Virus record (IMG/VR): IMGVR_UViG_2690316285_000006
Source of the DNA: a virus
Taxonomy: Duplodnaviria > Heunggongvirae > Uroviricota > Caudoviricetes
Length of the DNA: 5,920 nucleotides
Direction: 5' to 3' (one strand)
A program made the position numbers and the translations under genes. The notes beneath the pieces were generated by a model. That model was given only the letters and a program-made list of their open reading frames with translations. It had not been told where the DNA came from and searched no databases. Positions 1 through 5,920 of the stretch are shown here, piece after piece. The number at the start of each line of letters is the position of its first letter. Within the stretch, counting starts at the first letter, position 1.

Positions 1-5465
<5,465 letters not shown>

Positions 5466-5466
5466 T

Positions 5467-5471
5467 AAGGA
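5467..5471 (+). promoter_or_regulatory. Shine-Dalgarno-like AAGGA, 7 nt upstream of ATG 5479
   Basis: Sequence taataAGGAttagataATG read directly. Confidence 0.6.
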
Positions 5472-5478
5472 TTAGATA

Positions 5479-5802
5479 ATGAGAGTATTTAAAGATACGC
5501 AGTGTGATGCGTTTCTAAATGCTTTCGGTCAGTCTATCCAAACTTGTACGGGAAGTACTTTTACAGGAATAGTAGAAGTACTTCCCGTTTCTATTGAGGC
5601 GGCAGGTGGATTTATCGAAAGCGTGGAAACATACCTAACAATCAGAAAGGACGATCTAATAACCGCAAACGTGGCAATTGGTACAGTACTAATCATTGAT
5701 GGTGTAAACCAGACAATCTATAACATTGAAGATGATCTATCAGGTATGGTTAATTGCTATTTCCGTACTTCTGCTGGTGCTTCATTTGCAGAGGACTACT
5801 AA
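5479..5802 (+). CDS. Head-tail joining / head-tail attachment protein, lambda gpFII-like
   Basis: 107 aa ORF directly downstream of the capsid gene. The segment IRKDDLITANVAIGTVLIIDGVNQTIYNIEDDLSGMVNCYFRT parallels lambda gpFII as I recall it (VRTDEV...GDTLTIGEENFWVDRVSPDDGG...LWLGR). Good SD. The assignment is by remembered motif pattern only. Confidence 0.55.
   Translation: MRVFKDTQCDAFLNAFGQSIQTCTGSTFTGIVEVLPVSIEAAGGFIESVETYLTIRKDDLITANVAIGTVLIIDGVNQTIYNIEDDLSGMVNCYFRTSAGASFAEDY
5791..5795 (+). promoter_or_regulatory. Shine-Dalgarno-like GAGGA, 8 nt upstream of ATG 5804
   Basis: Sequence GAGGActactaatATGATG read directly. Confidence 0.55.
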
Positions 5803-5803
5803 T

Positions 5804-5920
5804 ATGATGTTAGTACAAAAAGTACGGAATACGATGAAGCAGCTTATCAATGCTACTAAGAATCTGACAGTATCACGTGATGTTGATGTGGATTTGCCCC
5901 TATATTTCCAGACATCTGTT
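5804..5920 (+). CDS. Hypothetical phage structural protein (3'-partial, runs off the window); position suggests a tail-completion or neck protein
   Basis: ATG 5804 (second ATG at 5807) lies 1 nt after the upstream stop, with a GAGGA SD; the frame stays open to nt 5920 (39 codons: MMLVQKVRNTMKQLINATKNLTVSRDVDVDLPLYFQTSV). It is absent from the ORF track only because no stop falls inside the window. No recognisable motifs. Confidence 0.45.
   Translation, partial: MMLVQKVRNTMKQLINATKNLTVSRDVDVDLPLYFQTSV

Overview
The window is a tightly packed, single-strand (+) block of the head-morphogenesis / DNA-packaging late operon of a lambdoid tailed phage or prophage, in AT-rich DNA (roughly 37-40% GC by eye). 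Gene order is: terminase large subunit (lambda gpA-like, 5'-truncated by the window edge) -> gpW-like head-tail joining protein with an unusual N-terminal extension -> portal protein -> one 614-codon ORF combining an HK97-type prohead protease, an acidic scaffold-like segment and an HK97-fold major capsid protein -> lambda gpFII-like head-tail attachment protein -> start of a further ORF running off the 3' edge. Genes are separated by 0-13 nt or overlap, each with a Shine-Dalgarno-like element, and I see no promoters, terminators, RNA genes, CRISPR arrays or transposase/integrase genes. I do not see a defence or other accessory system here; it reads as a conserved structural module. The points worth a second look are the protease-scaffold-capsid fusion with a possible internal in-frame start, a strong DNA-level enrichment of GTAC/AGTACT in all codon phases, and the extended gpW-like protein. 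All family assignments come from motif recognition by eye and from memory, not from database searches.
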